A DNA stretch of 64,000 nucleotides from Candidatus Muproteobacteria bacterium (GCA_003251795.1 QKEI01000273.1:11152-75151), one strand, 5' to 3'; shown: positions 54,120 to 63,526, counted from the first letter of the stretch. Translations and numbers: made by a program. The notes: generated by a model from the sequence alone, not told the origin.

Positions 54120-54728
54120 TCAAAACCTGATCTGACTGCGCTTGACGAGCTTCTTGATCTTTTTCTGGCCGATCCACACCTTTTCATTGTCCGTCAGGTT
54201 GATCAACGTCATATCCACTTGATAGTACCTGACCTGAGTTTTGCCGCTGACATCGATGATGGTGTTGATCGTTCCTTGCAGCATGAAATCCGCGCCCAGC
54301 TCCTGCCCCATGGGTTTGCGGGTCGCTTCGCTGGCATTTAAGTCTTGATCGCGCCGTTCTTCCCGCACGGGCTGGCGTTCGATACTGGAAGCGACGAATC
54401 GTACCTTGCCCGATTGGATCATGGCGCGTTCGATATCACTCACGAAGGTATTCAAGTTAATGTGCTCGTGACTGAGATTGCGCATGTCACCAACAATAAC
54501 GGCCGGCGGCTCACGGTGTCTGCGCGTATAATCGCGCAACCATGGGCGCGCTAACGCATCCTTAATCATCTCTTCCGAAACCAAGCGTGAATCCGTGTCA
54601 TTCCAAGCCCCGCTCAGATCCTTCACTTGCTCGCTGTCCATGCGTTTCACGGAGGTTCCGCACCCCGGCAACATCAGCAACGAGGCCAGCAGAAGAAAGC
54701 CGCAGTAGCGTCCGACAGTGAACGTCAC
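54120..54728 (-). CDS. LpoB/YcfM-like outer-membrane lipoprotein (second gene of the lipoprotein operon)
   Basis: FLLLASLLMLPG/C lipobox. DLSGAWNDTDSRLVSEEMIKDAL...VIVGDMRN.S...Y.V.M.L..... resembles the LpoB (penicillin-binding-protein activator) family. Its GTG start overlaps the upstream TGA as GTGA. Confidence 0.55.
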   Translation of the reverse strand: MTFTVGRYCGFLLLASLLMLPGCGTSVKRMDSEQVKDLSGAWNDTDSRLVSEEMIKDALARPWLRDYTRRHREPPAVIVGDMRNLSHEHINLNTFVSDIERAMIQSGKVRFVASSIERQPVREERRDQDLNASEATRKPMGQELGADFMLQGTINTIIDVSGKTQVRYYQVDMTLINLTDNEKVWIGQKKIKKLVKRSQIRF

Positions 54729-55291
54729 TTCGATTGCTCCAGTTTATCAAACGCAGTGTCGGCGTTTTGTTCCATGAACTTGCGCAAGGCGGCATTCATC
54801 TCGCGATAAGAATTAATCGTTTGTTTTACGTACTTCATGTCAAGCTCGGCTAACGAAAATATGGTGCTGGTCTTCTTGTCGCGCCACCGACCGATGATCT
54901 TGGCACCGGCAAGGTTAGTTTCAGAGACGTTCTTAATCTGCCGTGATATCTGCTCCTGGCTCACGTTCTGACCATCGGCACGGTTCGCGGTGATGTAGTC
55001 GTTTTCCACGATGTCCATATACGATGACAGGATGCGAGCAATCTCTGCTCGCGCCCGGTTGTCAGCCGTGGACTTCTGTAACGACATGTTGCCCAGGTCT
55101 TCCGCCATACCGACCCCATGAAACATACGGCCATCTTTTTCCTTAAGCACGCTGGTACCCTTGTTCACCCAGTTAGGCGCGCCCTTGATATGCAGATCAC
55201 TCTTGACCGTATTCTTGCCGCCGCACGCACCCAGCGTGACCACTATGGCAAGCAAGAAAAACGACTGCGTCATCACCTTCAGGGTCTTCAT
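54725..55291 (-). CDS. LPP20-family lipoprotein (first gene of the lipoprotein operon)
   Basis: MKTLKVMTQSFFLLAIVVTLGA/C lipobox. APNWVNK...FHGVGMAE...STADNRARAEIARILSSYM is LPP20/FlgP-like. The start was set at ATG 55291, with GGAGG 6 nt upstream. Confidence 0.65.
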   Translation of the reverse strand: MKTLKVMTQSFFLLAIVVTLGACGGKNTVKSDLHIKGAPNWVNKGTSVLKEKDGRMFHGVGMAEDLGNMSLQKSTADNRARAEIARILSSYMDIVENDYITANRADGQNVSQEQISRQIKNVSETNLAGAKIIGRWRDKKTSTIFSLAELDMKYVKQTINSYREMNAALRKFMEQNADTAFDKLEQSK

Positions 55292-55328
55292 CGCTACCTC
55301 CATTGGTACTAACTGCCCATCTGTCTAT

Positions 55329-55344
55329 AGGCTAATAATAGCCT
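55329..55344. promoter_or_regulatory. Small palindrome/hairpin in the leader of the lipoprotein operon
   Basis: AGGCTA-ATAA-TAGCCT (6-bp arms), 38-53 nt upstream of the 55291 start. Confidence 0.25.
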
Positions 55345-55382
55345 GCCTCCGGAATTTTACCCCCGCGGGACTCCGTTTCACT

Positions 55383-55404
55383 GCTTACAAATGGCTTACA
55401 AATG
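55383..55404 (-). promoter_or_regulatory. Exact 11-bp tandem direct repeat upstream of the lipoprotein operon (candidate regulator site)
   Basis: The plus strand reads GCTTACAAATG GCTTACAAATG; the minus strand reads CATTTGTAAGC twice. It lies 92-113 nt upstream of the start codon. A TAAAAT -10-like hexamer lies 23 nt downstream of the repeat on the minus strand. Confidence 0.35.
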
Positions 55405-55491
55405 ATTGATTCTCGGTGGATCTGCGCTGACCATACGCACGAGCTGAGGCTGGGCGGGGACGGCGGCTGCGCAATAAATTGTGGCAGATAG

Positions 55492-56058
55492 CTAACCGCA
55501 GCGAAATAGCTGCTGGCGATAATAGCGCAGCTCCTCGATGGACTCGCGCACATCGTCCAGCGCCTTGTGCGTATTCTTTTTCACCATGCCAGCATAAACC
55601 TCCGGCATCCAGCGTCGCGCCAACTCCTTGATCGTGCTGACGTCGAGGTTGCGATAGTGAAACCAAGCTTCCAGCTCCGGCATCCAGCGCGCCAGAAAAC
55701 GCCGGTCCTGGCAGATACTATTGCCGCACATCGGCGACTTGGCCTTAGGTACGTACTGCTGCACGAACTCAAGCGTTTGACGTTCCGCCTCGGTTTCGCT
55801 GAGCGTCGAGGCGCGCACGCGCTCAGTCAAACCACTATCACCATGCGTCCGCCGATTCCAGGCATCCATACCATCGAGCACATCGTCAGGTTGATGTATC
55901 GCCAGCACCGGGCCTTCGGCGAGCACATTGAGCTCGCTGTCTGTGATGATCGTAGCGATCTCAAGGATGTGGTCGGTCTCTGTGTTCAACCCGGACATCT
56001 CCAGGTCTATCCAGATCAGCGCATTCGGTTGCTGATTTTCAGGGGGTACTTGCGCCAT
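55492..56058 (-). CDS. orn: Oligoribonuclease
   Basis: 188 aa: [12 protein letters not shown]...[10 protein letters not shown]... DEDDh exonuclease motifs. Confidence 0.93.
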   Translation of the reverse strand: MAQVPPENQQPNALIWIDLEMSGLNTETDHILEIATIITDSELNVLAEGPVLAIHQPDDVLDGMDAWNRRTHGDSGLTERVRASTLSETEAERQTLEFVQQYVPKAKSPMCGNSICQDRRFLARWMPELEAWFHYRNLDVSTIKELARRWMPEVYAGMVKKNTHKALDDVRESIEELRYYRQQLFRCG

Positions 56059-56163
56059 GCATCGTCTCCCGTGTTAATCTGACCTTGAGACTCGAATTCA
56101 GACGATAACAGCACTGGTGCTGCCTGAACAGTGTTGTGAGCTCACGGACCAAAGGAGCAGCGC

Positions 56164-56499
56164 ATGACAGACCTCACTCAGAGAAGATGCGTCCCCTGCG
56201 AGGGGGGCACGCCAACCCTCACCATTGCACAAGCACAGACGCTGCTACAACAGACACCCGGCTGGTCCTTGAGCGATAACGCCAGCGAGATGTATCGTAC
56301 CTTCGAGTTCAAGAACTATTACCAGACCATGGCATTCGTTAATGCGCTCGCTTGGGTCGCGCATCAGGAGGACCACCACCCTGACATCGAAGTCGGTTAC
56401 AAACGTTGTCGCGTGCGCTACAGCACCCATGCAATAAAAGGCCTCTCAGAAAACGACTTCATCTGCGCAGCCAAGTTAAACGCGCTCTTTGATGGCTAA
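56164..56499 (+). CDS. phhB: Pterin-4-alpha-carbinolamine dehydratase
   Basis: 111 aa: ...FVNALAWVAHQEDHHPDIEVGYKRCRVRYSTH.... Confidence 0.85.
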   Translation: MTDLTQRRCVPCEGGTPTLTIAQAQTLLQQTPGWSLSDNASEMYRTFEFKNYYQTMAFVNALAWVAHQEDHHPDIEVGYKRCRVRYSTHAIKGLSENDFICAAKLNALFDG

Positions 56500-56511
56500 G
56501 CCAACAGTGCT

Positions 56512-57240
56512 CTACTTCAGTATTGTTTCCACTGGGTAATCGGGGTGTCGTCGTCTGAATTCCTCAAGACTGGCTTGTGCTTCGCTCAACCTTCCTTGTT
56601 TGCGCAATTCCGCTATGTACTTCAGCCATTCTTGTGGCGGTAAGTCTGTCGCGCCAGTTGCTTCGGTTGGCATCCGCTGATCTGTCTCCCCCATTTTGTC
56701 TAGGCGCGGCTGCTTGCGTTTTGTTTCTTCCTTGAGCAGCGTCCGCTCCGGCGGTGCACTTGCCGGCGATGGGGTTGCCTGGCTACCGCCCGATGGAGGG
56801 CTCGCCACATCAGATTGCAGCATCTCCGCGTCCTTCCCCGAAATGGGCTCGTTAACGGAACCACTTTTCGGTTGCGGGGTGGCCTCTTCCTGCTGTTGCA
56901 AGGGCAATTCTCGCCCTGGTAGTTGGCTAGGTCGTTGGCGTCCCTCACTTGTCTGCTTCGGCGCCAACGGCGCCCCGCCATGCTCGGACACGAAAGTCAC
57001 AAGGCCGATGGTGAGAAGCAACGCTGCTGCTAGTGAAGTCGGAATCATCCAACGTTGTAACATATGCCTGCGTCGCACCAACGCGTGCGCCTCGGCAGCG
57101 TGGCGCGCCTTGGCCAAAATCGCCTCATCGAGCTCGGAGGGTGGCGTCTCTGGAGTCACACCCTTATAGATCTTCGACAGGCTCGAATCCCCTTGCAGAT
57201 AGCGATCGAGTGAGCGGTCTCCAGGTTCCTGTGGGCTCAT
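56512..57240 (-). CDS. Putative membrane-anchored anti-sigma factor (cognate to the upstream ECF sigma)
   Basis: 242 aa, 7 nt downstream of the ECF sigma gene. It has a short cytoplasmic N-terminus (LDRYLQGDSSLSKIY), one TM segment (IPTSLAAALLLTIGLVTFV) and a Pro/Ser/Glu-rich periplasmic region. No zf-HC2 cysteine/histidine motif is visible. Confidence 0.5.
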   Translation of the reverse strand: MSPQEPGDRSLDRYLQGDSSLSKIYKGVTPETPPSELDEAILAKARHAAEAHALVRRRHMLQRWMIPTSLAAALLLTIGLVTFVSEHGGAPLAPKQTSEGRQRPSQLPGRELPLQQQEEATPQPKSGSVNEPISGKDAEMLQSDVASPPSGGSQATPSPASAPPERTLLKEETKRKQPRLDKMGETDQRMPTEATGATDLPPQEWLKYIAELRKQGRLSEAQASLEEFRRRHPDYPVETILK

Positions 57241-57247
57241 GCGTCAT

Positions 57248-57820
57248 TCACCGGTCGTCTATCAATCCACGTCGCAACTTCGCCACGGCGTAACGAAGCC
57301 GGCTTTTAGCCGTCTCGGGGTTTACGCCCATCACCTCCGCGATTTCTTCAACCGAGAAACCGCCCTCCTCTCGCAGAAGGAACGCCGCGCGCTGCATGGG
57401 TGGCAACCGATCGAGCAGCTCCAGTAACCGACTAGCTAATCGCTTGAGGTGCACACGATCTTCGATATTTAGTGTGCCATCCTGGGCAAGGTCGTCAGGC
57501 CCTCCATCATCAGCATCAGGATTAACTGCCTTGTCGGTCGGATTGTGGGCGCGGCGCCGGTAGTGATCGATCACCCGATTGTGTGCCAGGTGGTACAGGT
57601 AGGTGGAGAATTTGGCCTGGACCTCGTAACGTTCACGGGCACGAATTAGGTTCGTCCAGACATCCTGAAATAACTCCTCGGCGTCACTGGCATTGCTGCA
57701 CTGGCGTAGTAAGTACCGAAAAAGACCGCCACTGTGCCTTCGATAAATGATCTCGAACGCCCTCAGATCACCCTCACCGTAGGCCAACATCAACTCTTCG
57801 TCGCTCTGTTGGCCAACCAT
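57248..57820 (-). CDS. ECF-type RNA polymerase sigma factor
   Basis: 190 aa with region 2 (EELFQDVWTNLIRARERYEVQAKFSTYLYHLAHNRVIDHYRR) and region 4 (QRAAFLLREEGGFSVEEIAEVMGVNPETAKSRLRYA). Confidence 0.88.
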   Translation of the reverse strand: MVGQQSDEELMLAYGEGDLRAFEIIYRRHSGGLFRYLLRQCSNASDAEELFQDVWTNLIRARERYEVQAKFSTYLYHLAHNRVIDHYRRRAHNPTDKAVNPDADDGGPDDLAQDGTLNIEDRVHLKRLASRLLELLDRLPPMQRAAFLLREEGGFSVEEIAEVMGVNPETAKSRLRYAVAKLRRGLIDDR

Positions 57821-57883
57821 CTCTTATAAACGCCGTCTATCCACTGTTGGGTCAGTCCTTCCAGCTTCATAGCGCCGCCAGGC

Positions 57884-59092
57884 TTAGTCGTCGATGGGAT
57901 GCGATCTTGCTCGCGCCATCGCCGCAGCGTTAGTGTCCGGTGGCGCACCTATCCGCAGCAGGTCCATGCGCTTTAGGAACCCATAGATCACAAATCCCGC
58001 CACGATCGCCAGCCCAGTGCCACCGAGCACTCCGATCAGCTGTGCCATGAAAGAGATTCCACCTCGACCACCCAGGGCGGCATGCGCAAATACAGCGGTA
58101 GCCAGGCTGCCCCACGTGCCAGCGATCGCGTGCAATGCCCATACGCCTGCCTCATCACCGACCGGCCAATAATGTTTACAAATGGCGGCACCAGCGACTA
58201 CCAGCGCGCCCGATACGGCGCCAATGGCCAGCGCTCCGCCAGCGTTAACGGCATCGGCGCCGGCGCAAATCGCGATCACCCCTGCGAGCGCGCCCGTGAA
58301 AGCCGCGCGCCGTTCGCCACGGGCCGCCGCCACCGCTCCCAGCACCCCACCTACGATCGCACTTAGACCGTTCATGGCCACCGCCTGGGCAAAGGCCTGG
58401 GGTCGATAACTATTAAGTACGATGGTGGCGAGCCACGCTAGGACTAACAGCCATGACCCCAACACCCAAAGTGTTGAGCTCGTTTCGCTCTCTTGCTTGG
58501 AGCCACCAGGGCGTTGACCTGACAGCATCGCAGCCACCAAGGCTAACCAGCCTCCCATCACATGTACCAACACGGCCCCGGAGAAATCGTGGAACTCGGC
58601 GCCGAAGCTCGACATCAGCACGTGTTGCGCGTACAGCCGTCGACCCCAGGCGATTTGCTCGAACAATGGATAAACCACGCCCGCAATCAGCGCCGTGCTG
58701 GCAAGTTGCGGCCAAAAGCGTGTGCGTTGAGCAACGCCGCCAGCAACAATCGCTGGTACGGCGGCAGCAAAGGTAACTAACACCAGAAATTGAATAATGT
58801 CATGCTTACCGCCGGCTACAGGTGCTAACACCGGTGTGCGCACCTGAAATCCGTAGCTTAGGTAATACCCAAAAGTGGCATATGCAATGGCGGAAACGGC
58901 GAAAAGCAAAAGCGTCTTGCCGAAACAATCAGCCTGATCCCGCTTGTCTACATTGCCTGCTTGACGCAAGGCAAAGCCGGTTTGCATAACGAGGAGTGTC
59001 AGCGCAGCCAGCAACAACAGGGTAAGCTCGCTACTGGCCTTTATCATCTCGTTGCTCGCATTGTCGGCAAACGAGCCAAACAGCACGCCCAC
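57884..59092 (-). CDS. amt: Ammonium transporter (Amt/MEP family)
   Basis: 402-aa polytopic protein. LVMQTGFALRQAG, FHDFSGAVLVHVMGGW and ALHAIAGTWGSL correspond to the conserved Amt Asp and twin-His regions. No glnK is adjacent. Confidence 0.85.
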   Translation of the reverse strand: MGVLFGSFADNASNEMIKASSELTLLLLAALTLLVMQTGFALRQAGNVDKRDQADCFGKTLLLFAVSAIAYATFGYYLSYGFQVRTPVLAPVAGGKHDIIQFLVLVTFAAAVPAIVAGGVAQRTRFWPQLASTALIAGVVYPLFEQIAWGRRLYAQHVLMSSFGAEFHDFSGAVLVHVMGGWLALVAAMLSGQRPGGSKQESETSSTLWVLGSWLLVLAWLATIVLNSYRPQAFAQAVAMNGLSAIVGGVLGAVAAARGERRAAFTGALAGVIAICAGADAVNAGGALAIGAVSGALVVAGAAICKHYWPVGDEAGVWALHAIAGTWGSLATAVFAHAALGGRGGISFMAQLIGVLGGTGLAIVAGFVIYGFLKRMDLLRIGAPPDTNAAAMARARSHPIDD

Positions 59093-59122
59093 ACCGCCCG
59101 CGCTACTTTGTGATACACCTTG

Positions 59123-59740
59123 CTAGGTCTCGCGCCGACCGCTGAATGCACGCGCCAATGTCCCCTGATCGACATACTCGAGTTCACCGCCCACCGGCAC
59201 GCCATAAGCAATACGCGTAGTTCGAATCTTGCGCGAACGAGCTAGCTCGCCAACGTAGTGTGCCGTAGCCTCGCCTTCAACCGTGAGATTAGTAGCGAGG
59301 ATGAGCTCCTTGACCGAGCCTTCATTGAACAGGGCTTCAACTCGGGGAATCCCCAACTCCTCCGGTCCAATACCGTCTAGCGGTGAGAGGTGTCCCATAA
59401 GCACGAAGTATAGGCCCTGGTACACGCCCGCCTGCTCCAGTGCTATTAGATCCGCAGGAGACTCAACGATGCACAGCTGCGAGTGGTCACGGCGCGGCGA
59501 GGAACAAATCGCGCATAGCTCCTGCTCAGTGAGATTGTTGCAGCGCTGACAGTGTACAACTTTCCCCAAAGCATGTTGCAGAGCGTCGGCGATTTGCCGC
59601 GCACCTTCACGGTCACGTTCGAGCAGATGCAATGCCATGCGTTGCGCCCCTTTGGGGCCGACGCCGGGAAGGCGGCGCAACGCCTGCTTTAGGCCTTCGA
59701 TTGCTGGGGTCGTGCCGACCCGCTCCTGCGTACCCGACAT
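59123..59740 (-). CDS. recR: Recombination protein RecR
   Basis: [13 protein letters not shown] helix-hairpin-helix, a C4 zinc finger (CQRCNN...CAIC) and a Toprim domain. Confidence 0.95.
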   Translation of the reverse strand: MSGTQERVGTTPAIEGLKQALRRLPGVGPKGAQRMALHLLERDREGARQIADALQHALGKVVHCQRCNNLTEQELCAICSSPRRDHSQLCIVESPADLIALEQAGVYQGLYFVLMGHLSPLDGIGPEELGIPRVEALFNEGSVKELILATNLTVEGEATAHYVGELARSRKIRTTRIAYGVPVGGELEYVDQGTLARAFSGRRET

Positions 59741-59750
59741 CGAGTCAGAC

Positions 59751-60074
59751 CTACAGCGGCAAATTGAGGCCAGGAATACTTAAACCACTAGCCAACCCTG
59801 CCAACTTCTCTTGGCTGGTTTTCTCTACCTTGCGCACGGCATCGTTCACGGCCGCTGCAATTAAATCCTCCAATACCTCTTTGTCGTCCTGCAGCAGGCT
59901 GGCATCCAGTTGCACCCGTTTAACATCGTGGCGGCAGGTCATCGTCACGCTAACCAAACCGCCGGCGGCAGTTCCCGTAACTTCGACCCTTGCCAATTCT
60001 TCCTGGGCGCGGCGTAGATTCTCTTGCATGGCCTGCGCCTGTTTCATGAGATTACCAAGTCCACCTTTCATCAT
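59751..60074 (-). CDS. ybaB: Nucleoid-associated protein YbaB/EbfC
   Basis: [27 protein letters not shown]... is the canonical N-terminus. The start was set at ATG 60074, giving 107 aa; the ORF-track start at 60164 overlaps dnaX. Confidence 0.92.
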   Translation of the reverse strand: MMKGGLGNLMKQAQAMQENLRRAQEELARVEVTGTAAGGLVSVTMTCRHDVKRVQLDASLLQDDKEVLEDLIAAAVNDAVRKVEKTSQEKLAGLASGLSIPGLNLPL

Positions 60075-60087
60075 TCGCTCCGGTCGC

Positions 60088-61644
60088 TCACGCCTTTGAG
60101 CGGATCGAGTTCGGGTTAATACGGGCGTCAAAACGTTGCTGTAGCGCCTTAACGTTGGGATCATTATATATCGCGTCTACAGCCGCCTGCTGCCGTGCAT
60201 CTTGCAAACGCAACTTTTGCTGTGCAGGGGTTTCGCTAGCCGGTGCGCCAATGCGGAGCGTCAAACGTAGCGACTCACCATAGAAGCGTTCCAGTGCCTC
60301 CCTTAGCGTGACCTCCCGGTCCTTGCTGTGAAGCTGCGCAAAGGCTTCATCGAGTACCAATGTAAGCTCTCCACTGCCGTATGACTCCATCACGCTGTTG
60401 TTGGCCATTTCGCCAACCAGACCGCTGAGCTGCAATTGCGCGATAACTTGATCCCAATTCCCGCTCGTCTGCGGCTTACGTGGCAACGACGTCGTGGCGT
60501 TACCGCTACTCTTGATCGGCTCAGCTGGCACCGAGCTCCGCGCTTCAGCCTCGCTCGCACCCAGCGGACGAAAAGCCAGCATTCGCAATAGCGTCATCTC
60601 GAGTCCGCTGCGCGGGTCCGGGGCCAATGCCAGATCACGCCTGCCGACTACGCCAATTTGGTAGTAGAGTTGCACGTCTTCGGGGCTCAGCATGCCGGCA
60701 AGGGACAGCACGCTTTCTGCATCCGCATTGCGCTCCTCCAGCAACCCGGGCTCGGCCTGCGCTAGCGATATCTCGTGCAAACCAAGCAGCAGCTCGCTTA
60801 ATACCGCATCGTAGTCACTACTGTGCTCGGCTACATCCGCTACTACGCCAAGTAATGCGCGCGCATCGCCAACAGACAATGCCTGCAGCAACCTCTGCAC
60901 CACGTGCCGATCTATGGTGCCCAGCATCTCGCGCACATCGTTTTCCTTGACGTGGCCTGCGCCAAAAGCGATGGCCTGATCAAGCAAACTCAGCGCATCA
61001 CGCATGCTGCCATCGGCTGCACGCGCCAACAATCGTAATGCGGGCTCCTCGTAAGCAACGCCCTCAGCGGCAAGTATTGTTTGTAACTGCCCGGAAATAA
61101 GATCGGGAAGCAGTCGTTTCAAATTGAACTGCAAGCAACGCGATAACACGGTCGCCGGCAGCTTTTGCGGATCAGTGGTCGCCAATAAGAACTTCACGTG
61201 TGGCGGAGGTTCTTCCAGAGTCTTCAGCAAGGCATTGAAGCTGTGACCGGAGAGCATGTGTACCTCGTCGATGAGATACACTTTATAGCGCCCGCGCATC
61301 GATGCGTATTGCACATTCTCTAGTAGCTCGCGCGTATCATCCACTTTGGTGCGCGAAGCAGCGTCCACCTCGATGAGATCGACGAAACGGCCTTCATCGA
61401 CCTCGGTACAAGCGTTACATACGCCACAGGGCTGGGAGCTCACGCCTTTTTCGCAATTGAGGGACTTCGCAAGAATGCGAGCAATGGTCGTTTTACCAAC
61501 ACCCCGCGTTCCGGCAAAAAGGAAGGCATGGTGCACACGATCGTTGTCGAGCGCGTGCACTAAAGCGCGCACAACATGTTGCTGCCCCACGATTTCGTCA
61601 AAGATGCGCGGGCGATACTTACGAGCTAGGACCTGGTAACTCAC
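60088..61644 (-). CDS. dnaX: DNA polymerase III subunit tau/gamma
   Basis: [20 protein letters not shown]...[18 protein letters not shown]...zinc module CGVCNAC; 518 aa. Confidence 0.95.
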   Translation of the reverse strand: MSYQVLARKYRPRIFDEIVGQQHVVRALVHALDNDRVHHAFLFAGTRGVGKTTIARILAKSLNCEKGVSSQPCGVCNACTEVDEGRFVDLIEVDAASRTKVDDTRELLENVQYASMRGRYKVYLIDEVHMLSGHSFNALLKTLEEPPPHVKFLLATTDPQKLPATVLSRCLQFNLKRLLPDLISGQLQTILAAEGVAYEEPALRLLARAADGSMRDALSLLDQAIAFGAGHVKENDVREMLGTIDRHVVQRLLQALSVGDARALLGVVADVAEHSSDYDAVLSELLLGLHEISLAQAEPGLLEERNADAESVLSLAGMLSPEDVQLYYQIGVVGRRDLALAPDPRSGLEMTLLRMLAFRPLGASEAEARSSVPAEPIKSSGNATTSLPRKPQTSGNWDQVIAQLQLSGLVGEMANNSVMESYGSGELTLVLDEAFAQLHSKDREVTLREALERFYGESLRLTLRIGAPASETPAQQKLRLQDARQQAAVDAIYNDPNVKALQQRFDARINPNSIRSKA

Positions 61645-61707
61645 TTGTGCTCTGGTTATCGTAGGTTTGCGTCGGTTCAGTCAATTACCGGCGCACGCGG
61701 CTTCGGT

Positions 61708-61820
61708 GGCGGCGCCGGCCGGCTGCACCCAGGTACCCGATCCTGTTGCTGCGGCTGCTTCCTTCCGGACCTGACCGGGTTCACAACTCGTCGTCACCTG
61801 GGGAACCGACCTTTGCCGCC
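61708..61820 (-). ncRNA. ffs: Signal recognition particle RNA (4.5S RNA)
   Basis: The minus strand contains GGTCAGGTCCGGAAGGAAGCAGCC, identical to the conserved domain IV core of E. coli 4.5S RNA. Flanking segments pair (CCCAGGT/ACCTGGG, GGCGGC/GCCGCC). It lies upstream of dnaX, as in many bacteria. Ends are approximate (about +/-10 nt). Confidence 0.85.
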
Positions 61821-61859
61821 GTAATCATCGACGGGCCCAGTTTAACACGGCCCGATAGC

Positions 61860-62291
61860 CTAAGCCCCGCCCGTATCGGCGCGTAAGCCGCTAAGTTGAA
61901 TGCCAGCGACTGCGGCTGTCTCGTCCTTATCCGCAGTGTCACCGCTAATACCCACGGCACCGATGATATGATCGGTCTCCGGATCTCGGATGAGCACACC
62001 CCCCGGCATCGGAATCATCCGTCCGCGCGAGGCCACTGCCACGGCGCTCAGGAACAAAGGATTCTTTTCTTTCAACTCGCGTGCGCCCACGCCGAAGCCA
62101 AGTGCCCCGTAGGCTTTGCCGATAGCAATTTCGGGACGCAGGATGCCACTCTTGTCTTGGCGCATGAAGGCGACTAGATGCCCGCCTGCATCCAGCACCG
62201 CCACGCTTAGAGGATCACAGCTGGTTTCGCGGCCCTTCTCCAGCGCACCGTGGATGATTTGCAATGCCTGTTCCAAAGATAGTGTTGCCAC
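61860..62291 (-). CDS. GlcG/HbpS-like heme-binding protein (DUF336)
   Basis: 143 aa: ...PLSVAVLDAGGHLVAFMRQD......IAIGKAYGALGFG...GGVLI....IGAVGISG. Confidence 0.75.
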   Translation of the reverse strand: MATLSLEQALQIIHGALEKGRETSCDPLSVAVLDAGGHLVAFMRQDKSGILRPEIAIGKAYGALGFGVGARELKEKNPLFLSAVAVASRGRMIPMPGGVLIRDPETDHIIGAVGISGDTADKDETAAVAGIQLSGLRADTGGA

Positions 62292-62328
62292 GCGGACAGC
62301 CTTCTTGTTGGTGAAGATCGATAGTTTC

Positions 62329-63312
62329 TCAAAGATGCAACATCTTCATGCCCCCGGCTGGATAGCGCGTCCCGGAAGCAGCACCTGGAGAAATAGCCTC
62401 GTCCAAAAAAGCCAATTCTTCCAGACCCAAAATGATGTCTAGCGCTCCAGCGTTGCTCTGCAGGTGATCAGCGTGGCGCGTCCCGGGAATTGGCACTACG
62501 TGCTCGCCCCGGCTAAGCACCCACGCTAGGGCAATCTGGGCCGGGCTACAACCCTTAGCTGCCGCCAATTCACGCACTGGCTCCACCAGCTTGAGGTTCG
62601 CCTGCAGATTCGCTTCTTGGAAACGTGGATGTTCACGGCGCCGGTCCCCCTCCGCGAGACTGTTCGGACCGGTGATCGCACCGCTGAATATACCGCGTCC
62701 TAACGGCGAGTAGGCAACGTAGGTAACGCCAAGCTCGGCACAAAGCGGCAACACGTCACTCTCAGCATCCCGCGTCCACAGGGAATACTCGGTCTGCAAC
62801 GCGCTGATGGGGTACGTGGCGTGAGCACGCTTGACCGTGTCGGGTGCGGCCTCCGACAGCCCAAGACAACGAACCTTGCCCTGCTCAATTAACCGGCTCA
62901 TGGCACCCACTGTATCTTCGATCGGAACAGTGAGGTCAACGCGATGTTGATAATAAAGGTCGATAACGTCGATACGTAGACGTCGCAGGCTCGCCTCACA
63001 GGCCTGAGTCACGTATTCCGGTCGGCCGTTGGCACCGAGCTTGCCGTCGGGCAAGCGAATGTTGCCGAACTTGGTGGCAATCACATAGTCATCACGACGA
63101 CCCGCCACAGCACGCGCGACGAGCTCTTCGTTCTTACCCATGCCATAGGCGTCGGAGGTATCCAGGAAATTAATACCGATTTCGGCAGCGTGGTGAATCG
63201 TAGCAATCGACTCCGCTTCTTCACCCGGCGCATAAAAACCAGGCATCACCATGCACCCCAACCCAATCGCTGATACTTCGAGGTCGCTGTTGCCGAGCCG
63301 TTTTGTTTTCAT
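62329..63312 (-). CDS. Aldo/keto reductase family oxidoreductase
   Basis: 327 aa: [16 protein letters not shown]...[15 protein letters not shown]...ATKFG...IDLYYQHR... Confidence 0.85.
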   Translation of the reverse strand: MKTKRLGNSDLEVSAIGLGCMVMPGFYAPGEEAESIATIHHAAEIGINFLDTSDAYGMGKNEELVARAVAGRRDDYVIATKFGNIRLPDGKLGANGRPEYVTQACEASLRRLRIDVIDLYYQHRVDLTVPIEDTVGAMSRLIEQGKVRCLGLSEAAPDTVKRAHATYPISALQTEYSLWTRDAESDVLPLCAELGVTYVAYSPLGRGIFSGAITGPNSLAEGDRRREHPRFQEANLQANLKLVEPVRELAAAKGCSPAQIALAWVLSRGEHVVPIPGTRHADHLQSNAGALDIILGLEELAFLDEAISPGAASGTRYPAGGMKMLHL

Positions 63313-63394
63313 GCCGTCCTCCGATCGGAGCTGTGACTATCTTGATAGTTTTTATCAGAGAGGAAGAGGTTCTCAACCACCATTATCAGCCAAT

Positions 63395-63433
63395 CACTGC
63401 AGAGGGGCCCAAGAATTGAGCCCCTCTGCAGTG
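63395..63433 (-). terminator. Perfect 14-bp stem hairpin immediately 3' of tRNA-Ser
   Basis: CACTGCAGAGGGGC-N11-GCCCCTCTGCAGTG begins 2 nt after the tRNA CCA end on the minus strand. No clear U-tract follows. Confidence 0.45.
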
Positions 63434-63435
63434 AC

Positions 63436-63526
<91 letters not shown>

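Noticed and set aside
57821-57883. A possible ECF-type autoregulatory promoter upstream of the second sigma factor (GGAAGG ... GACGG on the minus strand).
   Set aside because: It lacks the AAC core of typical ECF -35 elements, and its spacing and -10 are unconvincing. It cannot be distinguished from chance.
60088-61644. A programmed -1 frameshift site in dnaX (E. coli-type A AAA AAG heptamer producing gamma).
   Set aside because: Reading the plus strand for CTTTTTT, and the coding strand for A-rich slippery heptamers, found none. The gene is also short (518 aa). There is no evidence for E. coli-type frameshifting, though other mechanisms cannot be excluded.
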